Shown here: piece by piece, positions 40,618 through 54,829 of the stretch | Layout: each line of letters starts with the position of its first letter | Numbering within the stretch: the first letter of the stretch is position 1 | Assembly: GCA_951406725.2 (NCBI GenBank) | Contig: OX597823.1 | Span: 44,640,001 to 44,704,000, forward strand | Source of the DNA: Octopus vulgaris | Lineage: Eukaryota | DNA length: 64,000 bases | Direction of reading: 5' to 3' | Program-made: the position numbers and the translations under genes | Notes under the pieces: generated by a model | The model's database searches: none | What the model was told of the DNA's origin: nothing | What the model saw: the letters and a program-made list of their open reading frames with translations, nothing else

Positions 40618-43306
40618 TAGGGTTATGAAATTTTGATTTCTTTTGGAAGTAAACAATTTTTTGTATCAAAAGTCGATAAACAATTTTATAAAAGTAAGGA
40701 AAATAGCCTTTATTTTAAGTTTTTTATAAAATGTCGCCCTCACCTGAAGAAATCTAACACCACTTTTGATCCAAATCGTGCAAAATTCTAGTGGGATTCA
40801 TAATGCCTACTCAAGTTTTTACCAAACTTGGTATGCTGAGTTAATGCAATGCAGAAGTAGTATATCTCAAATTTAAGCTTTCAACTTTAAGTAGTTTAGG
40901 AGTTATAGAATTTTCAATTTGTTACCACGTAGGCCCTACTTAACGAAATATCTTCTTCCTTTCCTTTTTATTTCTGTGGTGCTAAAAACTCTGATTATAT
41001 TAACTGTTTATCAGAATAGTAGGCTTATCCAACTAGAGTATGTAAAATAACGTCTCATAAGAGAAGTGCTTGTGTCACTCAAAGAAACAAAAAAAAATCT
41101 GGACGAAGAATCTCGTGCAATTTTAAAACTCACATAGGAAAAGAAGACCTGTTCCTCTAGATCATTCTTTAAAAAACAAGTGTAGGATACCAATGAAACT
41201 TCAAATTGTCGGTCGCTACCTGTTCCTTGGAGGTACCATTAAAGGAAGGAAAGAAAGGACAAAGGTAATTTCGAAAGAAGTAAATTTTTTTATGGCGAAA
41301 GAAATTAAATTTCCCATATTTATCAATTCCAAATGTACAAGCAAAAGCAGAAGTGATGAATACCTACGATGATTATGTAAAACGAGGAAAATAGATTCAT
41401 TGAAAGGAATTTTTGACATCACAAAGGAAAACGGTGAATGGCTGTGCAGTGATGATAGAAGGTTATATTATTTTCAGATTGAAAGCAAGGGACAGGCTGG
41501 GTATAGAACTAGAAAAGCAGCAAGTTCCAAAACTATCCATCCATCCAAAAGAAGAAAAGTGTCCTTAATGCCAACTTCAACCAGAGTAACTCCAGTATCA
41601 TCGTCAACGTCTGCAGCAGAGACTGAAAGAGAATATTAAGTCTGAAAAATCAGATGAAGAATCCACACAAACAAGGAGGAAGTATAGCAAAACTGGGACT
41701 GCAACCAAGTTAGTAATATCTTCCAAGCTATGAACCCAAAAAGCAGCAACAGTTTGTCGACAATTATCTCAAGATGGAATCAATGTCGAGACTCCTTCCC
41801 AATCTGTTATTTACACATCGACTATCAAAGAAGCTGTTAAACTAAAAAGGAAAATGAAGGAAACACTACATTTAGAAAACTGGTCATTGCATTTTGAAGA
41901 TAAACGTATTGATGATTCAAGAATACTAAGTGCTAGTTTTAAAGAATGAATAGGGAGAATTTAAGTTAGAAGCACTCCAATTAGCAAATGGAAAAGCCGA
42001 TACTGTTGTGAAAGGAACACTGAGAAAAGAAATGGCATTGTCATTCAGTTTCAAAGACTGTTTGCTCAAAAATGTTTGAAAGAACCACAATTTATTGGTT
42101 GTCAGTATCATATCCTTGATAGAGTCTTCGTGTTGTAATGGATAACGAACTTGGAGAAAAAAAAGTCATCTCCCAATATTGAATATACATTCATCCCAGA
42201 GCTTCTAAGTAATTACGAGAAACTCCAGGCTAATTTTAACAATAGAGAAGAAATGATTACTGAATCAACAGGATGGCGAAATTTCAGGAAATTTCTATTT
42301 CATTTGACTAGTTTTTTTGTTTCTTTGAAGAAACCAGAAAATTCCCTACTGTAAAGTTTCAAAAAAATACCCAACTTAAGTAATGCAACATAGAATTCTC
42401 GAGAGAAATGATTTTTGCTTCTCAAAGTTTATCGATTCATTTCTTACAGCTGGACAGATTTTTGGTTTACTGACTAAATGTTCAATGCACATGAATATCA
42501 GAAGCCTGCAAGTTCATAAAAAAAAGCATTGAACTCTGTAAAAACTTTTGGAGTCGAGAACCGTCCAAACGGGAAATTTCCAAAACAAACCAGAGTTCAG
42601 AACGGGCAATCAAGTGCCTTCGAGATATTTATGATGTTTGTAAAAAGGAGAAACTTCAGCTTCAATTTTTTTTATCAAACAAAACATATTAATTCTTTGT
42701 TATGTTTAAAAATTTGCTAACATTCAGCATCTTTTTTTTTTATAAAGCTATTTAAAATTGAAATTAAACCTAAAATGTTAAAAATGTGTATTGTTTTTAA
42801 TTTTGTGTGTTATAGAATACTTGTAGTGGCCTCTGTCTTAAAATAGCCTAGTTTTGAACCTTTGCATAGAGCAATTTCAATTCAGTAATCTTATAAATGC
42901 ATAAGTACACTTTTATTCCACATCTCTATTGCGTTTATAAGGATTTAGGCAGAAGATATACTGAAGTAAGTGTGAATCTAGTGGTACCTAGTAATAATAG
43001 TTTTAAAAGCCCATAACTCCGAAACTACTTCAACTAGAAAGCTGACATTTCAGATATACTATTTCTGCATTGCATTGAGTTAACACACCAAGTTTGGCAA
43101 AGACTTGAACAGGGGTTATGAATTTTGCTTGATTTGGGTCAAAAGTGGTGATCGATTTCTTAAGTTGGAGGTGATGTTTTTTTTTCAAATAAAGCAAAAT
43201 AAATGTAAGCTTTCTGAATTTTATAAAATTATTTATCGAATTACAGTATAGGATCATAGGATCGAATTACAGTATAGGATTAGGTTTTGAAAAAGTTATA
43301 ACCCTA
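40618..43306 (+). mobile_element. Complete-ended DNA transposon with long imperfect TIRs (hATm-like) and a decayed transposase
   Basis: Termini TAGGGTTAT / ATAACCCTA, about 290-bp TIRs (40618-40910 vs 43010-43306) and ATATATAT on both sides. Internal remnants read WSLHFEDKR, LANGKADTV and GCQYHILDRV. Confidence 0.8.
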
Positions 43307-43626
43307 ATATATATATATGTATATATAATTAATCAATATAGGGTGGCAAAAAATTTCGCAGGGATAGAGGTGCCTCGTGATAATATCTGCTCGGATCTGG
43401 CTGTTCTTACTGACGAATCTATCGGCCTATGGAAGATTGGCTTGATTTAATTTAATCAGGTTAGTTTACCATTAAACAATAGATGAAACGGTGCATCGTA
43501 TAAGAAATTACAGAGTAAATGTTTTTTTAATTTTCTCCTGGTTTGCGGAATTAATGTTATTTTGCGGTTGAAGCTTTGGCTGTTATTTCTAGTGGGTGAA
43601 TGGCCTATTATGGCCATTCCTTGATT

Positions 43627-43713
<87 letters not shown>

Positions 43714-43809
43714 GACGCTATTGTATAGCTTCACTGCGAATTTACTTCCCTTATGGGGCTTTATTTTACTGGAATGTAATACATTTGTATTGCATTTATA
43801 TATATTCTA

Positions 43810-44222
43810 CTCTTTCTCTTTTACTCTTTTACTTGTTTCAGTCATTTGACTGCGGCCATGCTGGAGCACCACCTTTAGTCGAGCAAATCGACCCCGGGAC
43901 TTATTCTTTGTAAGCCCAGTACTTATTCTATCGGTCTCTTTTGCCGAACCGCTAAGTGACGGGGACGTAAACACACCAGCATCGGTTGTCAAGCAATGCT
44001 AGGGGGACAAACACAGACACACAAACATATACACACACACTTATATATATATACATATATACGACAGGCTTCTTTCAGTTTCCGTCTACCAAATCCACTC
44101 ACAAGGCATTGGTCGGCCCGGGGCTATAGCAGAAGACACTTGCCCAAGATGCCACGCAGTGGGACTGAACCCGGAAGCATGTGGTTGGTTAGCAAGCTAC
44201 TTACCACACAGCCACTCCTGCG

Positions 44223-44226
<4 letters not shown>
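43810..44226 (-). mobile_element. SINE family A, full length, young
   Basis: Nearly identical to 63435-63838. Confidence 0.9.
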
Positions 44227-44316
<90 letters not shown>

Positions 44317-44317
<1 letters not shown>

Positions 44318-44564
44318 CATTTTGGGATTTGGTTTGCAAGATTCTTTATGTGAGTTCGTGTGTTGAAGCATATTCTGTTGTGCCTGGGGAGAGTGATTCT
44401 CTTTTAGTGCCTTATAATTTAACACACTCACCAGTAAAATTTCCACTTATTCCTTATTTTTATTTTCCTAAAATTTTCGTTGCGTCTTGCAACCTTTTCA
44501 ATAGTCTTGACTCTAAATTATAAGGCACAAAAAGAAAATGACTCTCCCCGGACACAACAGTATG
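44317..44564 (-). mobile_element. Short PLE-like terminal-repeat element with 5' inversion
   Basis: 44375-44421 is inverted at 44514-44560. A second copy lies at 56616-56815. Flanked by (TA)n and carries a hammerhead-like motif. Confidence 0.65.
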
Positions 44565-44572
44565 TAGGTATG

Positions 44573-44641
<69 letters not shown>

Positions 44642-44994
44642 GTATGTATGTATGTATGTTAGTGGAAAAATCAAAACCAAGGCAGAACGAGTATAGCAAG
44701 TCATTTAGAATAATTTAATTAGCGTGAAGTGAATTTCCACTAATGTAATATATACCTGCTATAATGGAACCCTAACACGGATCTCGGGATCCAGCCTTAG
44801 CTGTGATTTTGGAACCTAACGGTTGACCAACTATAGTACTTACCTAGCGTACCTTTTCGTTTAGGTCACAAGTGAACTAAACCCCTCATATTCTTTATGT
44901 GTGTGTGTGTGTGTGTGTGTATACATGTATATACATGTAATATATGTATATGTATGCATATATATGTATGTATGTGTATATATGTGTGTGTATA

Positions 44995-45035
<41 letters not shown>

Positions 45036-45038
<3 letters not shown>

Positions 45039-45262
45039 CTCTCTTTTCTCTTTTACTTGTTTCAGTCTCTTTTGCCGAACCGCTAAGTGACGGGGACGTA
45101 AACACACCAGCATCGGTTGTCAAGCAATGCTAGGGGGACAAACACAGACACACAAACATACACACACACATATATATACATATATACGACGGGCTTCTTT
45201 GAGCTTCCGTCTACAAATCCACTCACAAGGCTTTGGTCGGCCCGATGCCATAGTAGAAGACA
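45036..45262 (-). mobile_element. SINE family A, internally deleted
   Basis: Partial match to the consensus. Confidence 0.8.
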
Positions 45263-45382
45263 TATATAAACATATATGTAGAGAATACACTAAGTTTTCG
45301 TCAATGTGATATGTTTATATTCTCCCAATCAAACCTTTATTTCAAGTTATGTGAAATATTTTGGTTTTTCATTTATATGTTA

Positions 45383-45516
<134 letters not shown>

Positions 45517-45774
45517 GTATGTGTGTGTGTGTATGTATGTATATGTGTGTATATATATATATGTCTGTGTGTATATATATATATAGTGAAAGGAGAAATA
45601 GAAAGACAGACAGACAGTCAGACAGATAGATAGGTAGATAAATAGATAGATTCAGGTCAGGAGCAATCAAATCATAGCATTCCAAACATACATGGGTGAC
45701 ATGAGTCATTCGGGTGCAGCCTTACATATCCTGGTCCCTAATCATGAAATCTCCAGCTGTTTAGTTACCGTAGA

Positions 45775-46170
45775 GGCTTCTGGCGAGCCTCTTCGATTGC
45801 GTTGTCTCGTAATTTACCTTGTAAAGAAGATAAGCTAAGCATAGTAGGGAAATATAATGAAAGGGAGTGGAATATGTGGGTAGAAGCAAGAAGAAAAATC
45901 CCCGATTACTCTGAACACTTGCTTGCAGGCCGGAACGGTTGAGGGGGAAGAGGGGTGCCTGATGAGGTGCTCTTGGTGGATAGGGTGAGCAGGATGTGTG
46001 GGGTTCCTTGGTGCAACTCTCACTCCCATTGGAAATTTTTGTTTGAATTTTCTTGTTAATTGTAATTGTTATTCATTGTATATTCGTCACTGTTCAACAT
46101 CCCACATTTTCCTTGTATTGTATTGTCCCTATTTGTTTTTTGTTCGGCCCTTGTGGCCAATAAAGAAACC
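45775..46170 (+). mobile_element. Tx1/L1-like LINE 3' end
   Basis: Degraded C-terminal peptide (..REWNMWVEAR), then a UTR ending GCCCTTGTGGCCAATAAAGAAAC and (CAT)n. Confidence 0.55.
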
Positions 46171-46309
46171 ATCATCATCATCATTACTATTATTACTTCC
46201 TCCCTATCCTTTAGGTAAATACCTGTATACAAATAGTTGTCTGTCCTTGTCATGCCCTTCCCAATGCCCCCGTGGTTAATAAAAAAAAGATTATTATCAT
46301 TATTACCGA

Positions 46310-46755
46310 GGTGACGAACTGGCAGAGTCGTTAGCACGACGGGCGAAATGCTTAGCGATATTTCGTCTGCCACTATGTTTTGAGTTCAAATTCCGCTTAG
46401 GTCGACTTTGCCTCTCATCCTTTCGGGGTCGATTAAATAAGTACCAGTTACGCACTGGGTCAATATAATCGACTTAACTCCTTCCCCCAAATTTCAGGCC
46501 TTGTGCTTCCAGTAGGAGGGATTATTTATAAAGGCGACGAGCTGGCAGAATCGTTAGCACACCGGGCGAAATGCTTAGTGGCACTTCGTCTGTCTGCACG
46601 TTCTGAGTTCAAATTCCGCCGAGGTCGACGTTGCCTTTCATCCTTTCGGGGTCGATAAAATTAAGTACTAGTCAAACACTGGGGTCGATGTAAACGACTA
46701 GTCCCCTCCCCGCTAATTTCAAGCCTTCTGCCTTCAGTAGAAAAGATTATTACTA
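46310..46755 (+). mobile_element. Two tandem SINE family B copies
   Basis: Each has the GAGTTCAAATTCC B box and GGTCGACTTTGCCTTTCATCCTTTCGGGGTCGA centre. Confidence 0.85.
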
Positions 46756-47317
46756 TTAATAAAAGGAGGAAGAGGAATGCCATTGTTATCTGGGACTAAA
46801 TAAAAATATGCGTTGCCGTGGGACGTCATGTGTTCACCACATAAAAAAGTGCGGTTAAAGAAAAATATCTGTTACTGCTAATCAGTAGTTTACATTTCCA
46901 GTATGCTGGAAATACATCCAGCTTCAAACTAGTCAATCACTAGTATACACTCTTTTACTTCTGTACGTGTGTATTTGTACATACTACAGGATAAACACCT
47001 GGAATGCTTTACATATTTTCACAGTGCCATTAATAATGGCTTGCAATCGTGATTCCCTAATTAGGCGTATACTTTCTGTTTTATGATGAACAGTTTCTTA
47101 AGGTTGTTACCTAGAGGTTCAGTTATATAACTAAAGTCTCAGTAATCTAAAAACGAAAGCCTCCTTATTTAGAACAGCACAAAATTTCAAGGCTGTTTAT
47201 TGAAAAGCTTATAGAACTAGTGAGAAGACGCGTGTTTATTTATCCTTAAAACCTTAAGTAGCAGGTAGTTGGCTGCATAAAACAAACAATAATAATAATA
47301 CAGTGAGGAAGATATTG

Positions 47318-47676
<359 letters not shown>

Positions 47677-47739
47677 AAAAATTAATACAGAGAGTTGCTT
47701 ATTTGCAAAAAAAAAATATATAACATATGACTTCATTGA

Positions 47740-47900
47740 CCGAGGTTACCGTGGTCTTTTCCGTAGGCTTTTCTTTCCACGGGTAAACCTCACCTGTCCT
47801 TCCCTTTACACTTCATATTGACATTTCTGTGATAACGATCCCTATTGATCAAATTTTTTTTCCTTCCCCCCACCTTTTTTTTAATTTTTAATTTTTTATT
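47740..47900 (+). mobile_element. Partial 3' UTR of the element at 59084-59332
   Basis: CGGGTAAACCTCACCTGTCC...GATCCCTATTGATCAA is the reverse complement of 59260-59332. Confidence 0.75.
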
Positions 47901-48296
47901 ATATCCCCCTAGCTATGTCTGCTTGTATACCTCTCTGTCTATTTTCATTATCACTATATTACTTACCATTCTAATACGTACAAACAATATACAAAAATGG
48001 CAATATTTAAAATCCACTCGACAGGTTTTCGTCACTTCGTCCCTTCCTCTTTAGAAAAATGATCTCATTAAATTCAGGCATCGGCACTATTGTTGATTAC
48101 GCTGCACCCTCACTTACACACAATGTTGCTCCCAGTTCCCATCACGTTTATTATCTTATTATGTGTGAATATCAGAAAATATGCAAGGCGAGCGGGGCTG
48201 GCCATGGTCTTTGCAAGTTTTACCATACAGTTGTAATATGTGAGAGAGTAGTTCAGTTTGAACTACCGTAGGTTGATAAGTCCATGGAAAATATTG

Positions 48297-48517
48297 TGAG
48301 CAAATCTTGGCAGGAGGCCAGCAATTTCGGCGGAGGGGGTAAGTAGATTACATCGACCCCAGTTCTTAACAAGTACTTATTTTATCGATCCTGAAAGGAT
48401 GAAAATCAAAGTCGACCCCGGTGGAATTTGAACTCAGGACGTGAAGTTGAACGAAATACCGCTGAGCTTTTTTGCCCGGGCTGCTGACAATTCTGCCAGC
48501 TCGCTGCCTTAACTCTG
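48297..48517 (-). mobile_element. SINE family B
   Basis: Matches the family consensus. TSD TGGAAAATATTG on both sides. Confidence 0.8.
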
Positions 48518-48881
48518 TGGAAAATATTGGCAACGAGAAAGTATCAGAAGGTTACAGTTCTGGGAGACAGCACTCCACTTTACTTTTATATTGCTTCACA
48601 ACGTGAACATGTGATTATTCGCCATATTGGACATTTAAAATCAACAAAAATCAAAACAAAAAAACAAACAAGTAAAAAGTAGGAATTGAATATCATTTTC
48701 ATTTATTCTTTTACTCGTTTCAGTCATTAGACTGCAGCCATGCTGGGGCACCGCCTTCAAGAATTTCCAATCGAACGAATCGACCCCAGTACTTCATCGT
48801 TTACTTTTTAAGCTTGGCACTTATTCCATCACTCCTTTTTGCCGAACAACCAAGTTACGGGGATATAAACACACCAATACC

Positions 48882-49114
48882 TATTTCTTTACTACCCACA
48901 AGGGGCTAAACACAGAGGGGACAAACAAGGACAGACAAACGGATTAAGTCGATTACATCGACCCCAGTGCGTAACTGGTACTTAATTTATCGACCCCGAA
49001 AGGATGAAAGGCAAAGCCGACCTCGGCGGAATTTGAACTCAGAACGTAGCTGCAGACGAAATACGGCTACGCATTTCGCCCGGCGTGCTAACGTTTCTGC
49101 CATCTCGCCGCCTA
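48882..49114 (-). mobile_element. SINE family B nested in an older family A copy
   Basis: 17-bp TSD ATAAACACACCAATACC at 48865-48881 and 49115-49131. Confidence 0.9.
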
Positions 49115-49692
49115 ATAAACACACCAATACCGGTTGTCAAGCAGTGGTGGGATACAAACACAAACACAACCTGTTCAAATGATTCGCTTGTAGTAATGAA
49201 ATGTATGCATACTTGTTTTTTATTGAAGAAAGAAATGTTAGAAAGGGCTGATGTATTCATTTGACTTATAAAACCTTGTATTTCATCAAGTGAGTTCTTC
49301 AGGAAATGCGTTCTCTCATCAATAATTTTTCAAAAAAGTAACCTAATGGCCAATGGCACGAACTAAGATAATTCGGATGCTCTCAAAAATTGCAATAAAG
49401 TTAAGTTTGCCTTTATACTTAGAGAAAGAAAACTAAAGCAAACCTGGGGCAAATAGTGAACGCGTACACAAACGAAAAGATTTCTTTGTTAGAGAAATGA
49501 TACATGTGAAAAACAACGAAAGAGAACAGCGGGGATTTGATGTAAAGTGACCCACAGCTTGCTTACCGAGAAGAACAGATGTCGCTATAGCAATGATATA
49601 CGAGACAACAGAACATATTGTGCCTGTGAACCGGTTCTTATTGTTGTTCAATGTAGATTTCTTTGTTTAAGGTTATGACGTGAGGAGGGATG

Positions 49693-49990
49693 TGAAGGCG
49701 CATAACCAAGTGGTTATGGTGTTGCATTCACGATCGGGCTATCGTGGTTTCAATTCCTGGACCGGGTGGTGCGTTTGTTCTTGAGCAAAACACTTCATCT
49801 CACGTTGCCCTGCAAACACTTCGGCACTCGACGTGTGATATCCTGTGCACCTGTTCAGGCAACGTCGATTTGATGGAGGGAATGAACAAATGTACAACAC
49901 ATATATTTGATCACTATAAACAAATCATTTGTACAGGTTGTTCAACAAGGAATTGCAGAACCGTTTTTTCTCGGAGTATGAGAGACTACT
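49693..49990 (+). mobile_element. tRNA-derived SINE related to 5706-6017
   Basis: Head GGCGCAT..AGTGGTTA...GGTTTCAATTCC and TTGAGCAAAACACTT core. Confidence 0.6.
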
Positions 49991-50698
49991 ATCATCATAT
50001 GAGGAGAGATACGACTGCTATTTCAAGGAGGTCGAGCAATTACATAGAGACTCCCTCGTTAGCTTATGTCATTTAGGACAGTTTTTCTCGTAGATGGAGA
50101 TGAGCATCATAGGGAAGGGTATGAACAGACTAAAAAGGGGGCAGGCAAAGTATCATGTTTAATGAAGTTAAGATGGTTTTAGACTTTTTAATCTTGTGTC
50201 CAACTTCATAAAGTAAGAAGAATTATATGAATGCTAATATTTTGTCTTCTCATTAGTCATGATGATCCGCGGGGTTATCTTTGCTCTTCATACCTCCAGG
50301 ATCGATAAAAAATATCGTATCACTCATATACTGGGGTAAATAATATTGACTAAACCTCTGTCCTCAAATGTGGGAATTTGAACTCAGAATGTAAAGGGGC
50401 GGAACAAACACCGCAAGGCATTTATCCAACTTTTTGCTGATTCTGCCAATCCGACCCAATGTTTCTTATTTAGGCATAAGGTCAGAAAATTTCGAGAGAG
50501 GGTTGGTTGATTACATGGATCTCAGTTGAGGACTGGTACTTTACTTTACCGATCTCAGAGGGATGAAAAGCAAAACTACTTCGGCAGAATTTGAACTTAG
50601 AATGTAAGGTACCGCAAGGTATTTTGTCCGACGCACTAATAATTCTGCCAATTTACCAAATTGACACAAGGCCAGCAATATTAGTGAAGGAGTTAGTC

Positions 50699-50979
50699 CG
50701 TTGGTTCTCAACATTTTTTTTACATATGGATCCCTTTGATACTTATTTTATTCGGATGAACCTTCATAGCTATTTGATGTTTTAAAAATCCAATTATATT
50801 TTTATAATGAATATTATTAGGAATTGTATTTAAAAAGAAAAAGTTAAAATAATTTGAATATTATAGAAGTATAACCAGTTTATTGCACATAAAATTTAAC
50901 AACAAAATCTTATATGGGCCCCTCTCCAAGAGCCATATGGACCCCTAAGGGTCATATGAACTCTGGTTGAGAACCACTG
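50699..50979. mobile_element. hAT MITE, same family as 8816-9163
   Basis: TIRs ..TGGTTCTCAAC / GTTGAGAACCACTG and 8-bp TSD AGTTAGTC/ACTTAGTC. Confidence 0.85.
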
Positions 50980-51779
50980 ACTTAGTCGATTAAATTGACC
51001 TCAGAACATAACTGGTACAACTTAATTGTCTCGTATATCATTTGTCGATTTTATGGAATTCAGAACGTAAAGAGCCGGAAATATATTTCAGCTGATTCTG
51101 TTGATCTGTCTCTCAGCAGCGGCCTTCCCCACCTCTTTTTTTATCAGAATTAGTCATTTACAAAATTACTATTCTCATCACTAAGGTGTAAAAAAATCTT
51201 ACGACATGCGTCATCAAATATGCTGGTGCCCACTTAACTTTTGGTCAATGTAGTCAGCAATAAACTATGTATAATAAGACGGGATGGTCACGGCTAGAAT
51301 ACTTGTAGTACTAGGTTCCGTTCGATCAGAACTGGCTCAAGGCAAATCAACAACAACAAAAAAGAAATCATACCTTGATCAGTTGGTAAGCTTCTACATA
51401 GCTTAAGTTTGACCTATATTAGAATTTTTGCTCATATAACTGGGAAGATTCTATTCTTCATAGAAACAAAAACGTCGTTGATCGCTGGTTCTCAAACTGA
51501 CAAATAACAGCCTTTATTAGAAATAAATAATGAGGCAATCTGTTGCGCTTTGTATGTATGTATGTATGTATGTATGTATGTATGTATGTATGTATGTATG
51601 TATGTATACTCTCTATACAAATTATTCATCCCCTAACCATACTATTTGTTTCATCCCGATATAAGCAAAAAAAAAACAATGTCTGGAAGACGCACAATAA
51701 CGTAAGAGCGCACCTGATGTAACGCCAATGAAATGCCACTCTAATATCTAAAACCGCAAATATTACATAAAATTTTCAC

Positions 51780-52050
51780 TTACTCTTTTACTTGTTTCAG
51801 TCATTTGACTGCGGCCATGCTGAAGCACCGCCATTTTGTCGAGCAAATCGACTCCAGGACTTATTCTTTGTAAGCCTAGTACTTACTTAATCTATCGGTG
51901 TCTTTTGCCGAACTGCTAAGTTACGGGGACGTAAACACACCAGCATCGGTTGTCAAGCGATGTTGGGCGGACAAAAACAGACACACAAACATATACACAC
52001 ACATACACACACACACACACACACACATACACACACACACACACACACAT

Positions 52051-52100
<50 letters not shown>

Positions 52101-52335
52101 CGGGAAGCTTTATGAAAATAGACAAAAGACGAAGGCAGGTGGAAAACGTGTGTGTGTAAATGTAAAAAAATACAAACTGGGACAAGAATGTATATATATA
52201 TGTCGTATATATATATGTGTCGGCCCGAGGCTATAGTAGAAGACACTTGCCCAAGGTACCACGCAGTGTGACTGAACCCGGAACCATGTGGTTGGTAAGC
52301 AAGCTACTTACCACACAGCCACTCCTGCGCCTATA
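51780..52335 (-). mobile_element. SINE family A interrupted by a PLE-terminal fragment (about 52100-52200)
   Basis: The insert CAAAAGACGAAGGCAGGTGG resembles 14498-14520. Confidence 0.75.
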
Positions 52336-52740
52336 CTTCGAAACTTCGCATAAATATGGTGTTGAAAAGCAGGGTCGGTAGAGAAACAATTATAACTGAT
52401 TATTAAAGATGTGTTGAGATATTTCTTTGTCTTATTATTTGGATTGTGTGTTCGTTTCTCCTTTTGCTACCTATGATTTTATTTTTGAATATTCAATATA
52501 AATGAAGATATTTCCTCCGTTTGGCTACTTTTCTTTCTACAAAACGGGAAGTTACATTACGGAACAGTTATTTTAACGAGTTGTATTCATTAAACACCCG
52601 GCGAGATACATCTGCACCACCGGATGCTCCTGAACCAGTTGTTGAGTGTCCCACCCATGAGGAATCAATGCTAGATGCGTCGAAACAATTGTCGTGATTA
52701 ATGAATTCTCGTATATTCTATATTCCGTCTTTCATTTTCC

Positions 52741-52775
<35 letters not shown>

Positions 52776-52776
52776 C

Positions 52777-52824
<48 letters not shown>

Positions 52825-52874
52825 ATGTGTGTGTATGTGTGTGCGCGTACGGACGTATGTATGTATGCATCTAT

Positions 52875-52992
52875 GTATGTATGTCATTATTCAGTTTATT
52901 TCAAGGTTTCTTGTCAACAGAGAAAGAATCGGTTTCTAACCTTGATCCAAGGCTCCTTCAGTGGAATTTCAACATCAACGACAGGCTATTTT
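52875..52992 (-). mobile_element. Dong-like 3' UTR inside (TATG)n
   Basis: Homologous to 18560-18670 and flanked by TATG repeats on both sides. Confidence 0.8.
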
Positions 52993-53320
52993 TTATGTAT
53001 GTATGTATGTATGTATGTATGATTATTCGTTATTAGCGATGGAAACAATATTAGCTCAAATAGCATTCCGTATATACTAAACGCAGATATACAGGTGAAA
53101 CCCATAAAACTACGGTACTCGTCTCGAGAAAGCATCTCATACAGACGAAAAGTGTTAAAAGTAATGAAATCCATCCTCGCTGCTGCTCGACGTTTTCCGT
53201 CAGCTATTGATATATTTCTGTGCTTTTTAACACCATATGTCTATACGGGAGGTTTTCTCGAGACGAAAATTTTTTAAGGCTTTCGACAGTACATCAACGT
53301 TAAGTGTGATATACAGAATG

Positions 53321-53351
<31 letters not shown>

Positions 53352-53411
53352 TGTATGTATGTATGTATGTATGTATGTATGTATGTATGTATGTATGTAT
53401 GTATGTATGTA

Positions 53412-53613
53412 TACGTATTTGTGTGTCTGTGTTTCCACCACCACCCCATCGCTTGACAACCGATGTTGGTATGTTTGCGACTCTGTAACTTAGCGGTTCG
53501 GCAAAAAGTACCGATAGAATAAGTACTAGGCTTACAAAGAATAAGTCCTGTGGTCGATTTGTTCGACTAAAGACGGTACTCCAGCAAGGCCGCAATCAGA
53601 TGACTGAAACAAG

Positions 53614-53615
<2 letters not shown>
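53412..53615 (+). mobile_element. SINE family A, 3' half
   Basis: Matches the consensus tail. Confidence 0.8.
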
Positions 53616-53677
<62 letters not shown>

Positions 53678-53710
53678 GTACATACACACACATACGCGTA
53701 TATACGTCGT

Positions 53711-53752
<42 letters not shown>

Positions 53753-54797
53753 TCACGTCACGTATAGGTGTATATATGTATGTAAATGTATAGTTGAATA
53801 TTTGTGTGTGTGTGTATGTGTGTATAAGACCGAAACTTTAATTAATATTGATTAAATGTAGAATGTGCGATATATTCTTGATTTTTTTTTTTTTTTTTTT
53901 TTGTTTGAAAGACGGTACGGTGTTATTAACAAGGAATTTGGCATATTTTTCATATAGGAAGCTTCTTTGTAGAAGCTTCTTTGTTCATTCGCAGTAAAGT
54001 GTAATTTGAGGGAAATTTGTCTGTGATTTCTAGCATGTTAAGCAAAGTAGGAAGAAACTTGAGAGGAGACCTTAACTTTTAGGATTATTATTGCTGTTAT
54101 TAAGCAACGTAAAAGTCAGCCGTAGCTTACAATGAGGACTGTCTGGGGTCGTAAGACTCATAATGCAGATTACTGAGATTCCACGGCGAATATGTGACCG
54201 AGATCACCAGACGCCAGTTCGTCGAGGTTACTCATTTACAGCAAGTGGCCAAGAGCAATGTGAAATTAAGAGTTTTACTCAAGAACACAAATTACCGCCC
54301 TGTCCGAGAAGCGAAACCACGATTGTACGATCATGAGAGCAATACCCTAGGTACTAGAGCATACGCCTTCACCCCCTATCATACGACCAAAGCATTCCAG
54401 CCGTGACTGTTCCGCATTTCATACAGCTATAGCTACATTGTATATTTCATTTCCATTTCATGAGAAAATAAGGTTTTTTTGATTTTGCGGAGCTTTGCCT
54501 GTTATTTTTGGAAGGCAGAGGCTCTCGTGCTGGCAAGGGACACAGTTTTAGCAATCTTTACAAAAATACGTTTACAAATCCGTACAGGCTTGTGACCAGA
54601 AAGGTGAGAAGGCAGAGAAAGCGTGTGTGTCAGAGTGTATGTAGGCGTGTGTACACGAGAAGGATACATACATACATAAATACATACATACATGCACACA
54701 TATATATGTGTGTATGTATATATATATATATGTATATTTATGTACATACATACATACATGCACACACACACACATACCTATATACATACATACATAC

Positions 54798-54829
<32 letters not shown>

